A stretch of 64,000 bases of DNA from a virus: positions 5,133-69,132 of the IMG/VR virus record IMGVR_UViG_3300009181_004605. One strand, written 5' to 3'. Within the stretch, counting starts at the first letter, position 1. Every line of letters begins with the position of its first letter. Position numbers and translations under genes: made by a program. The notes under the pieces were generated by a model. That model searched no databases and was not told the DNA's origin. It was given only the letters and a program-made list of their open reading frames with translations. This document shows, piece by piece, positions 9,873-18,809 of this stretch.

Positions 9873-10901
9873 ATGAAAAAATTAATCAATGCATACAACA
9901 GTTGGGATCCGTTGGAGGAGGTTGTTGTCGGACGAGCATATTCTCCGGAATACTTTGACTTCATTGACAATGCACAAGTTCGCAATCAGTTACAACAGAT
10001 ACTGAACGAAACTGCAGAAGATCTCGACGCACTTAGCAAAGTTATTGAATCACATGGTGCGATTGTACGTCGACCAACTTTACCCAACATAGATAAATTC
10101 CAGCAATGGCAGATTAACGATAACGGAGCACCATTACCGCCATTAACTCCGCGTGATTGGCAAATCACACTTGGACAGAAACTATTACGTGTATTATCAA
10201 TAGCCGAACTGGATGAGATATGTAATGATTTTGGGGATCAAGTTATAAATCCCCACCGTACTCAATGGGACGAATCATGTATTCTCAACGGAGCCAGTGC
10301 CAGTTGCATAGTTCGTGTAGGACGTGATGTGTTTTTTGATAACAGTGATTATTTGCAGCCCAATCAAACACGTTGGATTGTTGATAATGTGTTAGGACCC
10401 GAATATCGTATCCACGAAGCCATTACAGACGGGCATGGTGATGCTGTGTTTGCTATACTTAAACCTGGTGTGATACTGTCAAGCAAACATGATTTTCATA
10501 TTAATCTTGCACATGATTTTCCCGGGTGGGACGTACTTAAACTTTGGGATAGTTCAATATGGGCCGCTATGGAAGTTGGCAAGTTTAAGTATGATGCTGA
10601 TCCCGGAGCATGGTATGTACAAGGACAAACACCAACTCCAGATTTTACAGAATTTGTTAACACATATCTTACTAAGTGGACAGGTTTTGTTGCCGAGACA
10701 GTATTTGATGTTAATTGTCTTGTGCTTGACGAACAACATGTTATATTCAGCGCATATAATAAATCGGTATTTGATTTCTGTCAGCAGCATAAAATTGAAC
10801 CCATTATATGTGAACTACGGCATAGTTATTTTTGGGACGGTGGAATAAGTTGTTGCACACAGGATCTGCGTCGGCGTGGTGGTATGGAAACCTATCTATG
10901 A
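9873..10901 (+). CDS. amidinotransferase (glycine / scyllo-inosamine-4-phosphate amidinotransferase family)
   Basis: N-terminal WDPLEEVVVG, TPRD, GHGD (catalytic His), C-terminal GGISCCT (catalytic Cys); likely start ATG 9873. Confidence 0.85.
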   Translation: MKKLINAYNSWDPLEEVVVGRAYSPEYFDFIDNAQVRNQLQQILNETAEDLDALSKVIESHGAIVRRPTLPNIDKFQQWQINDNGAPLPPLTPRDWQITLGQKLLRVLSIAELDEICNDFGDQVINPHRTQWDESCILNGASASCIVRVGRDVFFDNSDYLQPNQTRWIVDNVLGPEYRIHEAITDGHGDAVFAILKPGVILSSKHDFHINLAHDFPGWDVLKLWDSSIWAAMEVGKFKYDADPGAWYVQGQTPTPDFTEFVNTYLTKWTGFVAETVFDVNCLVLDEQHVIFSAYNKSVFDFCQQHKIEPIICELRHSYFWDGGISCCTQDLRRRGGMETYL

Positions 10902-12178
10902 ACAATCTCGACGAAATATATCAAGAACTAGGCTCTGATATATGTCTATGTCCTTTTTTAGGAGCATTTTATCAAACCAATAATGTAATACCCGATACTG
11001 TTCCTACTATGCCAAATAGCGTTAGGCCATGTAGTATTGTTATGTCCGAGGATCGGCATAAATGGGATATAATCAATGATAGTATCACCGATGCTAGAAA
11101 TACAGATGCATGGAAAAACATGCGTAAAGATTTTATACAAGGTAATTTTCATAAGATTAACGACTGTAGAGCTTGCAGTCATAATGAACAGGTGGGTGCA
11201 ACGAGCCCACGGCAACAAAATAATCAATTTTTAGGAAATTTCTTAACAATTGATATTGTTGATCACATTAAGACAATTATTGCAAATGATTATATTGTCA
11301 ATGATATTGTAACATTAGATTATTACCCCAGCAATTACTGTAACTATTCATGTATTATGTGTGCTGGTGGTGCAAGTAGCAAACGACAAATATTCGAAGT
11401 TACTGTATTAAATCAAAAAACAAAAATTATCCTAAATTCTACCGATCCAGATTTTTTCAATATATTAGAAAAAGTTCAGATTATTAATTTTACCGGCGGC
11501 GAAACTGTATTGCAACCACAAGTACATGATATTATAGATTATCTTATTGAACGTGGACTTAGTAAGAATATAATGATTACCTTGCTAACTAATGCCAGCA
11601 GTAGTCCACAAGAGTTGGATGAGAAATTTAAACAATTTAAGAAAGTTATTTACAATGTAAGTATCGATGGTATTGGCAATGTGATTGAATATCAACGTCG
11701 TGGATGTAATTGGAAAACTGTTGAGAAACATAGCTTGGAATTGATGCATCATCCATATATTTCTACTGTGGTTAACTATGTACTAACCGCTGTTAATGTT
11801 CTTAGTGCGATGGATTTTGTTAATTGGGCTTATGATAATAATTTTGGTCCAAAGAATTCTGGAGCAAATGGCGGCAGCTTTATAAACATAAGCCCGGTGT
11901 TTCGTGTAGATCATCTTGGACAAGGTGTGCTACCTCCAGCACTTAGAGAATTAGCATTGCATAGACTATATGCAGGTAAACAACGATTTGATAATCAAAC
12001 TGGATTTATGGAAAATTATTATAGAGGACTAGTAGATAAGATAATCGGTGTAATTGATTCTACTGCACATCAACCAGAATTTATACCATTATTTGTCAAT
12101 CATATACGCAAGGAAGATTCAGTGTCAAAAAAACATTTGATAGATGTTGTTCCTGAATGGGCGCCGTGGTTTAGTTAA
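10898..12178 (+). CDS. radical SAM protein with N-terminal twitch/SPASM-like domain (#1)
   Basis: CNYSCIMC, FTGGET, SIDG; N-terminal CLCPF..RPC..CRAC; ATGA-coupled start at 10898. Confidence 0.85.
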   Translation: MNNLDEIYQELGSDICLCPFLGAFYQTNNVIPDTVPTMPNSVRPCSIVMSEDRHKWDIINDSITDARNTDAWKNMRKDFIQGNFHKINDCRACSHNEQVGATSPRQQNNQFLGNFLTIDIVDHIKTIIANDYIVNDIVTLDYYPSNYCNYSCIMCAGGASSKRQIFEVTVLNQKTKIILNSTDPDFFNILEKVQIINFTGGETVLQPQVHDIIDYLIERGLSKNIMITLLTNASSSPQELDEKFKQFKKVIYNVSIDGIGNVIEYQRRGCNWKTVEKHSLELMHHPYISTVVNYVLTAVNVLSAMDFVNWAYDNNFGPKNSGANGGSFINISPVFRVDHLGQGVLPPALRELALHRLYAGKQRFDNQTGFMENYYRGLVDKIIGVIDSTAHQPEFIPLFVNHIRKEDSVSKKHLIDVVPEWAPWFS

Positions 12179-12944
12179 TATCGCGATCAAGAATATGATT
12201 AAACATTATATTCTCTACTTGTGCAAGTCGTTGCGTTTTGTTTGCTTCCCCTAAAATAACTATAACATATTGTTGTTTCTTGTTTTGTACCAGCAATGCC
12301 ACACACCATCCAGCAGGATTAGTAAACCCAGTCTTGCTAATTAGAATATTATCAAACTCTATCAACACCGGTCGATTAGTATTGTTTATATCTATGCTAC
12401 GAATTTTCTTTCCATAATGAGCATCTATTAATGCCTGCTTCTTTGTGCTCGTACTTGTTATTAACTCGTATTTGGCCGCTTCCTTCAACAATATTCCAAT
12501 CTCGCCAGCTGTGGATATGTTTGCACTACTTAACCCACTGGGATCATTGAATCGAGTCTGTGTCATGCCCAATGCTGTTGCTTTAGTGTTCATTGCTTTT
12601 ATAAATGCTTTTCGACCACCAGGATAGTTTGCAGCCAATGTTTCTGCTGCGGCATTATCGGATCGTATTAACATAGCACTGAATAAATCTTCTCGACTGT
12701 AGTGAGTAAGTGGCAAGCGACTCTTTGTCACACGAGATAGTTTTAACTGTTGAACCATACTGGGATTCTGATCGATAGCTATTATTGCTGTCATTAGCTT
12801 AGTCAGACTTGCGATAGGTCGAGTGCTATTTACATCGTTACCAATTATTATCGTATCTGTGGTTTCGTTATAAACCCAAATGCTGGGTTTCTTAGCTGCA
12901 TGGGCTGACATTGAAAAAAACAACAAGATAATAAGAAATTTCAT
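12171..12944 (-). CDS. D-alanyl-D-alanine carboxy/endopeptidase (peptidase S11, PBP5/PBP7-like), secreted
   Basis: SxxK (ASLTK), SxN (SDN), KTG (SKTGFT) triad; signal peptide ending AHA. Confidence 0.92.
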   Translation of the reverse strand: MKFLIILLFFSMSAHAAKKPSIWVYNETTDTIIIGNDVNSTRPIASLTKLMTAIIAIDQNPSMVQQLKLSRVTKSRLPLTHYSREDLFSAMLIRSDNAAAETLAANYPGGRKAFIKAMNTKATALGMTQTRFNDPSGLSSANISTAGEIGILLKEAAKYELITSTSTKKQALIDAHYGKKIRSIDINNTNRPVLIEFDNILISKTGFTNPAGWCVALLVQNKKQQYVIVILGEANKTQRLAQVENIMFNHILDRDIN

Positions 12945-12945
12945 T

Positions 12946-13875
12946 TTAACTTGGCCAAGCTATTCGTGTATCGGCTAATAACAATGCTGCACCAATCGCA
13001 CTAGAACTATCACCAGGCACAGGTAATCCCCATACATTATCCCACAGTGGTAATATGTGTTGTCTAGCTTTGCTATTCATCGCACACCCGCCCATGTATA
13101 CCAAGTTGCGCTCACCGGTTAGTTCTAGTGCTTTATACATTACCCAGATTACTTGCTCTTCAAATACTCGTTGTACCGCAGTGGCGATGTCGTAACGATC
13201 ATGGCTTGATGATATTTTATGAGGCCAATTATAAACACCACGATGTAAATTATATCGTGCTTGCATTGGAGATTTGAAATAATCGGCTACAGTTTCATAA
13301 TATCTACTGTATGCACCATGATCGCTATCAAGTTGTAATAAATGTTCTTCTCCCAATGGTTTGTATCCTATTAGTTTAGTAAATGCAGAATAGAATAATC
13401 CAAGACTATTTGGGTAACTAACACTCCATAATTTTGTAAGCGTCTTGCCGGTGCCTTTCCAAATTGATGCTGATTCCCATTCACCTATTGCATCCAATAC
13501 TACAATAGCTGCACTGTCAAATGTTGATGTATAGAATCCGGCTGCTGCATGAGTCTTATGATGAGAAAAATATTTTATTGGAATCGACGGTATGGGTAAT
13601 TTTTCTAAATATACACTAGGAAGTACTTGACTATCAAATGCATCGGCATATTGTCCGGCATATAATTGACGAAACTTTTTAATCAGTGGGCGTTCATACC
13701 ACGCTATCTGATCTGGTTTACCATGAGCAAGAACATCATATATCAATGGCTTACATAATAGTTCATCGCCGGAATAGGTATAGTTTCGTGACTGTGCCCA
13801 AAATGCTAATTTATCATCCTTAATCACGGCGATACTTGCATCATGATTAAGAGCTGTAATACCCCAGGTTATCAT
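12946..13875 (-). CDS. carbamoyltransferase (NodU/CmcH/TobZ family), Kae1-like domain only
   Basis: HDAS, HHKTHAAAGF, LDAIGE, SLGLFYSAFT, GGCAMN, GDSSSAIGAA; 309 aa, no C-terminal YrdC-like domain. Confidence 0.85.
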   Translation of the reverse strand: MITWGITALNHDASIAVIKDDKLAFWAQSRNYTYSGDELLCKPLIYDVLAHGKPDQIAWYERPLIKKFRQLYAGQYADAFDSQVLPSVYLEKLPIPSIPIKYFSHHKTHAAAGFYTSTFDSAAIVVLDAIGEWESASIWKGTGKTLTKLWSVSYPNSLGLFYSAFTKLIGYKPLGEEHLLQLDSDHGAYSRYYETVADYFKSPMQARYNLHRGVYNWPHKISSSHDRYDIATAVQRVFEEQVIWVMYKALELTGERNLVYMGGCAMNSKARQHILPLWDNVWGLPVPGDSSSAIGAALLLADTRIAWPS

Positions 13876-13973
13876 TTATAAATGAATGGATCTCGTTTGC
13901 GCAACTCTTTAAGTTTACGCCGATAGCGTATCTCAAGTCGCATACGCTGATATAACTTTTTTAGCCAGTTCAT
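13872..13973 (-). CDS. 33-aa basic peptide MNWLKKLYQRMRLEIRYRRKLKELRKRDPFIYK (absent from ORF track)
   Basis: Read manually; ATGA overlaps at both ends with the flanking genes, AGGAG upstream; fills the gap exactly. Confidence 0.8.
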   Translation of the reverse strand: MNWLKKLYQRMRLEIRYRRKLKELRKRDPFIYK

Positions 13974-15055
13974 CCCATTCTCCTTTGATAATCGTAGCCC
14001 GGTTTTAGCTTGGCAATCTGTTGTTGTTTATAGTCACTGTCAGTCCAACAGTAATCAAACACTTGATTAGTACCATTTACTTCTATCTTATATATATCTA
14101 GATGTGCAGACAACATATTCCATATAGATTGAAAATCAGTAGTTCCAAAACTCTGTTGCAATTGCACTTGCCCTATAGGTAAATACCCAAGACTTAGTGA
14201 AACATCTGTTATGTCTTGTCCATTGTTTTGTAGCCAGATGCGAAATTGATCTTGTTCTTCATCATGCCAGGCACATGCACTATTATACACAATATCATTG
14301 CCCCATTCAACATCAAATTCTCCAGAATAATATTTAAGATGTGTGATTGCATCACATACTGTATTGGTTAAAACAGGTGCATGTTCGTCACGAAACACTT
14401 CAAACAAGGTTTTTCCTATCTGAGTCCAATGCATGTATACCCCACCAAACACACGGTCGTATCCATTAGAGTTAAACAGTTGTCTATGTTCATCGGTAAG
14501 TGTATACCTATCGGCTGTAATCCAAGTTGTGATTTGACTTGGACGTACCCAATTTGGAGCCGTTACTGCTTTTCTTCTGCTTAGAATAAGAGACTCTAAT
14601 TCATGACATATATTGTTTAATTGACGTATAGCATACTTAACATCATAGTCGGCGTGTTTATACCAGTTACTAATGTCTGATACTGTTCCTTGCAGTATTT
14701 CGAAATGATTATGTAATTCGTTAAACAACATATGATTGGGCCCATTCTCAGCCCAATCAGTTGCTAATACTGTATCTGGAGTAATAGTTAAATCAATATG
14801 GTATCCATCTAAGCCATTATTGACTGTGGCAATATGTTGTGTAATCTCATTGCATAGATATTCCACGGTGCGAGCTGTTTGTGGAAATCCAAGGAAACAA
14901 TAATTTTTCTCTAAAGGTTTAGCTGATTGTAATAATTTTTCAAGAGCTGATATCCAGTCTTGTCCAAGCTTATGATCAAATGATTGTATAACATAGTCAA
15001 GTTGATCGGCATGATTTAATGGGTTGCGTAGAACTATACGTACATTAGATTCCAT
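13970..15055 (-). CDS. hypothetical protein of the radical SAM cluster
   Basis: Long ORF, probable start MESNVR at 15055; no recognised motif. Confidence 0.7.
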   Translation of the reverse strand: MESNVRIVLRNPLNHADQLDYVIQSFDHKLGQDWISALEKLLQSAKPLEKNYCFLGFPQTARTVEYLCNEITQHIATVNNGLDGYHIDLTITPDTVLATDWAENGPNHMLFNELHNHFEILQGTVSDISNWYKHADYDVKYAIRQLNNICHELESLILSRRKAVTAPNWVRPSQITTWITADRYTLTDEHRQLFNSNGYDRVFGGVYMHWTQIGKTLFEVFRDEHAPVLTNTVCDAITHLKYYSGEFDVEWGNDIVYNSACAWHDEEQDQFRIWLQNNGQDITDVSLSLGYLPIGQVQLQQSFGTTDFQSIWNMLSAHLDIYKIEVNGTNQVFDYCWTDSDYKQQQIAKLKPGYDYQRRMG

Positions 15056-16325
15056 TCCACCACCTAGAAACATCTGATCTGGCGGCAAGTATATCATTCA
15101 TTGTGATGTTATGTGTACGTATACTTTCTAATTTTAGTATGCGTGTCTTACCTCTACGTAGTCCATCTGCATAAGCATCTGGCCATTGTTCCTCAAAGGT
15201 AGGACGTTGTTTAAGTTGTAGTAACACATCTGATAATGCTCCGGAGATTTGTGGAACAAGTTCATCAATCCATGCATTTAATATATTACGCGGTAATGCA
15301 AGTGGACTCATTACAATGTCCGAAGTAAAACTGAATATAACTTTAGCCAACACATCAACACCGAGTTGTTTAGCTAACTTGTCAATCGCAATAACTTCAA
15401 ACATACCTGGTAAGGTCAGTGTAAAATCTATACGTAATTGTCTTGGATGTTTTGCATATGGTAGCCCAAGTTTAAAATTATCCAACCATTCATTATAATT
15501 TAACCCGGTGCGTATGTATTCACCAATAGCGCCAGTGCCATCAAGACTGGCACATATTTGCCAATCACGTAAATGTGCAAGTATATCTTTGTATAAATTA
15601 GTACCACCATAACCGACTTTACTAAGATTAGTATTGTACCGGGCATAAACGTTCTTACCATCGCCAAGCTCAATGATACGTTTCATATATCGCCAGTGTT
15701 GCTCATACATAAGTGGTTCACCACCCACCCAATAAATCTCTTCTACTCTATGTTCTTCAACTGCTTGTGAAAATTCAGCTTCTATTTGTGTGTCTTGAAA
15801 TTGTGTTATCTGTTTTTTAACCATAGGACGCATCCAATTGTTTTTTGGATTGGACCAATCGACCATATTATTTTGACGTTGTTCTATTTCCCAACTACTC
15901 GACAGCATATCACCACACATACGACATTTAAAGTTACAGAGATTGCTAAATCTATAATCCCAACTTACTGGTAACATTGTGGTTGCACCATCGGCATTGG
16001 TTGTGCTAGATATTTTATCATATTTGTGTTTAAACAATTGCCAAAAGTATGTACGATATACATCCGTATTCAATAGTTTTTCATTGCATACTTCGCATTC
16101 TGGCAATGTTTCTCCAGCTATCATCCTCCGTCTAACAGACTGCATATGAGCACTATTCCAATGTTCCTCCAAAGTGATTGGAATATACTTGCCGGATCCA
16201 GCTTTTGTGTCGATATATTGTTTAAAATTTTGTGCAGGTTCACGACTTGCACAGCACATCCTACGTTCGCCTTGTGGAGAAAGATATGTGTGAGTCCATG
16301 GTGCTAGACAAAGTGTATTAGACAT
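15045..16325 (-). CDS. radical SAM protein with N-terminal twitch domain (#2)
   Basis: CLAPW..G..RMCC..CEVC, then CNFKCRMC, VGGEPL, YNTN, SLDG. Confidence 0.9.
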   Translation of the reverse strand: MSNTLCLAPWTHTYLSPQGERRMCCASREPAQNFKQYIDTKAGSGKYIPITLEEHWNSAHMQSVRRRMIAGETLPECEVCNEKLLNTDVYRTYFWQLFKHKYDKISSTTNADGATTMLPVSWDYRFSNLCNFKCRMCGDMLSSSWEIEQRQNNMVDWSNPKNNWMRPMVKKQITQFQDTQIEAEFSQAVEEHRVEEIYWVGGEPLMYEQHWRYMKRIIELGDGKNVYARYNTNLSKVGYGGTNLYKDILAHLRDWQICASLDGTGAIGEYIRTGLNYNEWLDNFKLGLPYAKHPRQLRIDFTLTLPGMFEVIAIDKLAKQLGVDVLAKVIFSFTSDIVMSPLALPRNILNAWIDELVPQISGALSDVLLQLKQRPTFEEQWPDAYADGLRRGKTRILKLESIRTHNITMNDILAARSDVSRWWNGI

Positions 16326-17526
16326 AGTTGACTAACTTAGCAAACTCGGGCTCAACAATAGATAAATGTTGCGAACGTTTACGATCAAGATCAGCAATCC
16401 TCATACGCATGATCGCTCCATCTGTACTTGCGCCCTTATTCATAAATTCTGCAATTAATTTAAATTCTGCTGATACTTTTTCTAAAACGTCGGCATTAAT
16501 TAATCTATCAGTTATAACACTCTTGGCTGTATCCGGCAATGATGCAACACTAAAGTACCAGGCATCATGCATGATATTCCAATATATGTAATCAAAATGT
16601 TGCTTAACAATCCATTGTGCTACAGTTTCTAGATAATACACATTAAACACATTTACCGTACAGCAGACCTGTAATCGTATATTTTTACATCGTTTGCGTA
16701 GTTCTCTAAATTTTTGTATGTTATCGCATACTTCTGACCATACAGCATTACTACGTTGATATTCAAATCTCTCTGCAACATCATCAATGCTAAATGCAAT
16801 CTCTACTAATTTAAAATGCTGCCAAATATTTTCAGCATTGCTAGGCCATTGTGTGCCATTTGTATTGTAGTGGATTTCAATAGTACCTGCTAGCCCTTGA
16901 TCAACAAGCCGTTGCAGCATATCAAAATGCTCACGGATCATGAATGGTTCACCACCAGTAAATTCAATATATCGTATTTGTTCGGATACCTGTGCTATTT
17001 CTTGCCAGAAACCTGGATTTTCACGTGGCCAAGCACCAGCACGTAACATAGTAAAGTGATGATTATTTTTTGAATCTTCTCCGACTGGCAAATTTTTTAG
17101 TTCTTCAACTGCAAATGTGCTTGAACTCCAACTACCACATATACGACATTTTAGATTACAGATATTTCCTAGCTTGAGATCTAAGAATACCAATGGTTTT
17201 GCATCAGCCGTCCAGCTTTGGTCTGGCAGCATGTGTTTTAGTCTATCCAATGTATGCATACGCTTGCTTGTACGACCACCACGTTCTTCATTCCAACATT
17301 TTCTGCAAGTTTTTGGCTGTTTGCCATCAAGAAATTCTTGACGAAGATCCCGCATATGAACGCTGTCTTGTATATTTTGAAATCCTGCTTGATGCAAATC
17401 AAATTTATTACCAGCATCATCTACTATTTCATCATCAGCAAGACAGCATGGTCTCACTGTGCCAATTGGGCTGGTCTCAAGGCTAACCCAGGGCAATACA
17501 CAGAACTTATCGTGTGGGATATTCAT
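16318..17526 (-). CDS. radical SAM protein with N-terminal twitch domain (#3)
   Basis: CVLPW..RPCC..CRKC, then CNLKCRIC, TGGEPF, YNTNG; ATGA-coupled start at 17526. Confidence 0.9.
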   Translation of the reverse strand: MNIPHDKFCVLPWVSLETSPIGTVRPCCLADDEIVDDAGNKFDLHQAGFQNIQDSVHMRDLRQEFLDGKQPKTCRKCWNEERGGRTSKRMHTLDRLKHMLPDQSWTADAKPLVFLDLKLGNICNLKCRICGSWSSSTFAVEELKNLPVGEDSKNNHHFTMLRAGAWPRENPGFWQEIAQVSEQIRYIEFTGGEPFMIREHFDMLQRLVDQGLAGTIEIHYNTNGTQWPSNAENIWQHFKLVEIAFSIDDVAERFEYQRSNAVWSEVCDNIQKFRELRKRCKNIRLQVCCTVNVFNVYYLETVAQWIVKQHFDYIYWNIMHDAWYFSVASLPDTAKSVITDRLINADVLEKVSAEFKLIAEFMNKGASTDGAIMRMRIADLDRKRSQHLSIVEPEFAKLVNYV

Positions 17527-18809
17527 ATTAATGCAGCCAATTCTGGAATAACATCTAGTATATTTTCGCATCGTATATAATCAAGCTCACTAGTTTTAGC
17601 CCAGAATGTATCGATTAATTTTGTATTATCGGTTTTATTCATAAAGGTAATAGCACTTTCAAATCCAACAGTTGCTCTATGTAGTGTGTCCAACGGGCGC
17701 AGCCATTCTAAATGTTTTTCAAATTTTTGTTGTATCTGTTCTTTATATTCTTTAGTTGCGATATCAATTCTAAAATGCATTGGATCTTGTAAGATATTTA
17801 CATTCAAATCTTGCGGGTATATCAATCCCTTATCAATCCAATCTTTATGAAAATCAGGCAGGTGCAATGCATTCATGATGCTAAGTGTTGGTGAGATATA
17901 AAAGTCTACATCAGGACAGATTTCTATCATACTTCTACGATTTTCTTCTACAACTTTCCACACGGTACCTTTACGAATATATTCAGCACGCGGGCCCATA
18001 GCATCTAAGCTGGCTCCAACAGCGACATGTTCAAACTTTTTCCAATAATCAAATACACTACGATTTTTTAGTTTCACTTGTGTAAAGTTTGTATTGTATA
18101 TCAGTCTTACATCAAAGCGTTTACGACGTTCTAATTCTTCAAGGATAAGATAATGTTCTTCCATCATTAATGGTTCGCCACCGGCAAAATATATTTGCTC
18201 TACATGATCGATATGTTCTATTAGCTGTTCCCACATATCGGTTTCATGTTGCCCGGCGTAGTTTAATGCCGTGTTTTTAATCGCCCATTCGGGTCCAGCA
18301 ATTTTGACTTGATCTTGATACCATTGACTTGAAAATATAGATCCACAGCTACGGCAACGGAGATTGCATAAGTTGCTAAATCGTATATCCCAATATGTCA
18401 TGGCAAATTCATCCACATGCCCGGTGTCTGTAGTATCGTCAATTCGATCAATTTGATGTCCGTGATGCTTGTTAGCACTTTTACGTCCACTGAAAAATCC
18501 AGATTGTTCTTGCTCGTAACAACGACCACATGCCACATTGGTATTTTCAGACAACATATCTACTCTAAGTTTCTTTTGTGGTTCACTATTCCATATTTCT
18601 TTAAGTGTATTGGTTTTACAATTACCAACGGGATAGTTCATTTCTGAATGGCAACATGGATAAGCTTCGCCGGTGGGATAGGCATGTAGGTGAATCCAAG
18701 GATAGATGCAAAATGTTTTTGATTCTGAAAGCAAGAACTGTTTCTTTTTGTCAAGATCGGCTAATTGGATCTTAACTGGATCGGTGCTGCTATAATTATA
18801 TGCTGTCAT
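17523..18809 (-). CDS. radical SAM protein with N-terminal twitch domain (#4)
   Basis: CIYPW..YPCC..CGRC, then CNLRCRSC, AGGEPL, YNTN, SLD. Confidence 0.9.
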   Translation of the reverse strand: MTAYNYSSTDPVKIQLADLDKKKQFLLSESKTFCIYPWIHLHAYPTGEAYPCCHSEMNYPVGNCKTNTLKEIWNSEPQKKLRVDMLSENTNVACGRCYEQEQSGFFSGRKSANKHHGHQIDRIDDTTDTGHVDEFAMTYWDIRFSNLCNLRCRSCGSIFSSQWYQDQVKIAGPEWAIKNTALNYAGQHETDMWEQLIEHIDHVEQIYFAGGEPLMMEEHYLILEELERRKRFDVRLIYNTNFTQVKLKNRSVFDYWKKFEHVAVGASLDAMGPRAEYIRKGTVWKVVEENRRSMIEICPDVDFYISPTLSIMNALHLPDFHKDWIDKGLIYPQDLNVNILQDPMHFRIDIATKEYKEQIQQKFEKHLEWLRPLDTLHRATVGFESAITFMNKTDNTKLIDTFWAKTSELDYIRCENILDVIPELAALI

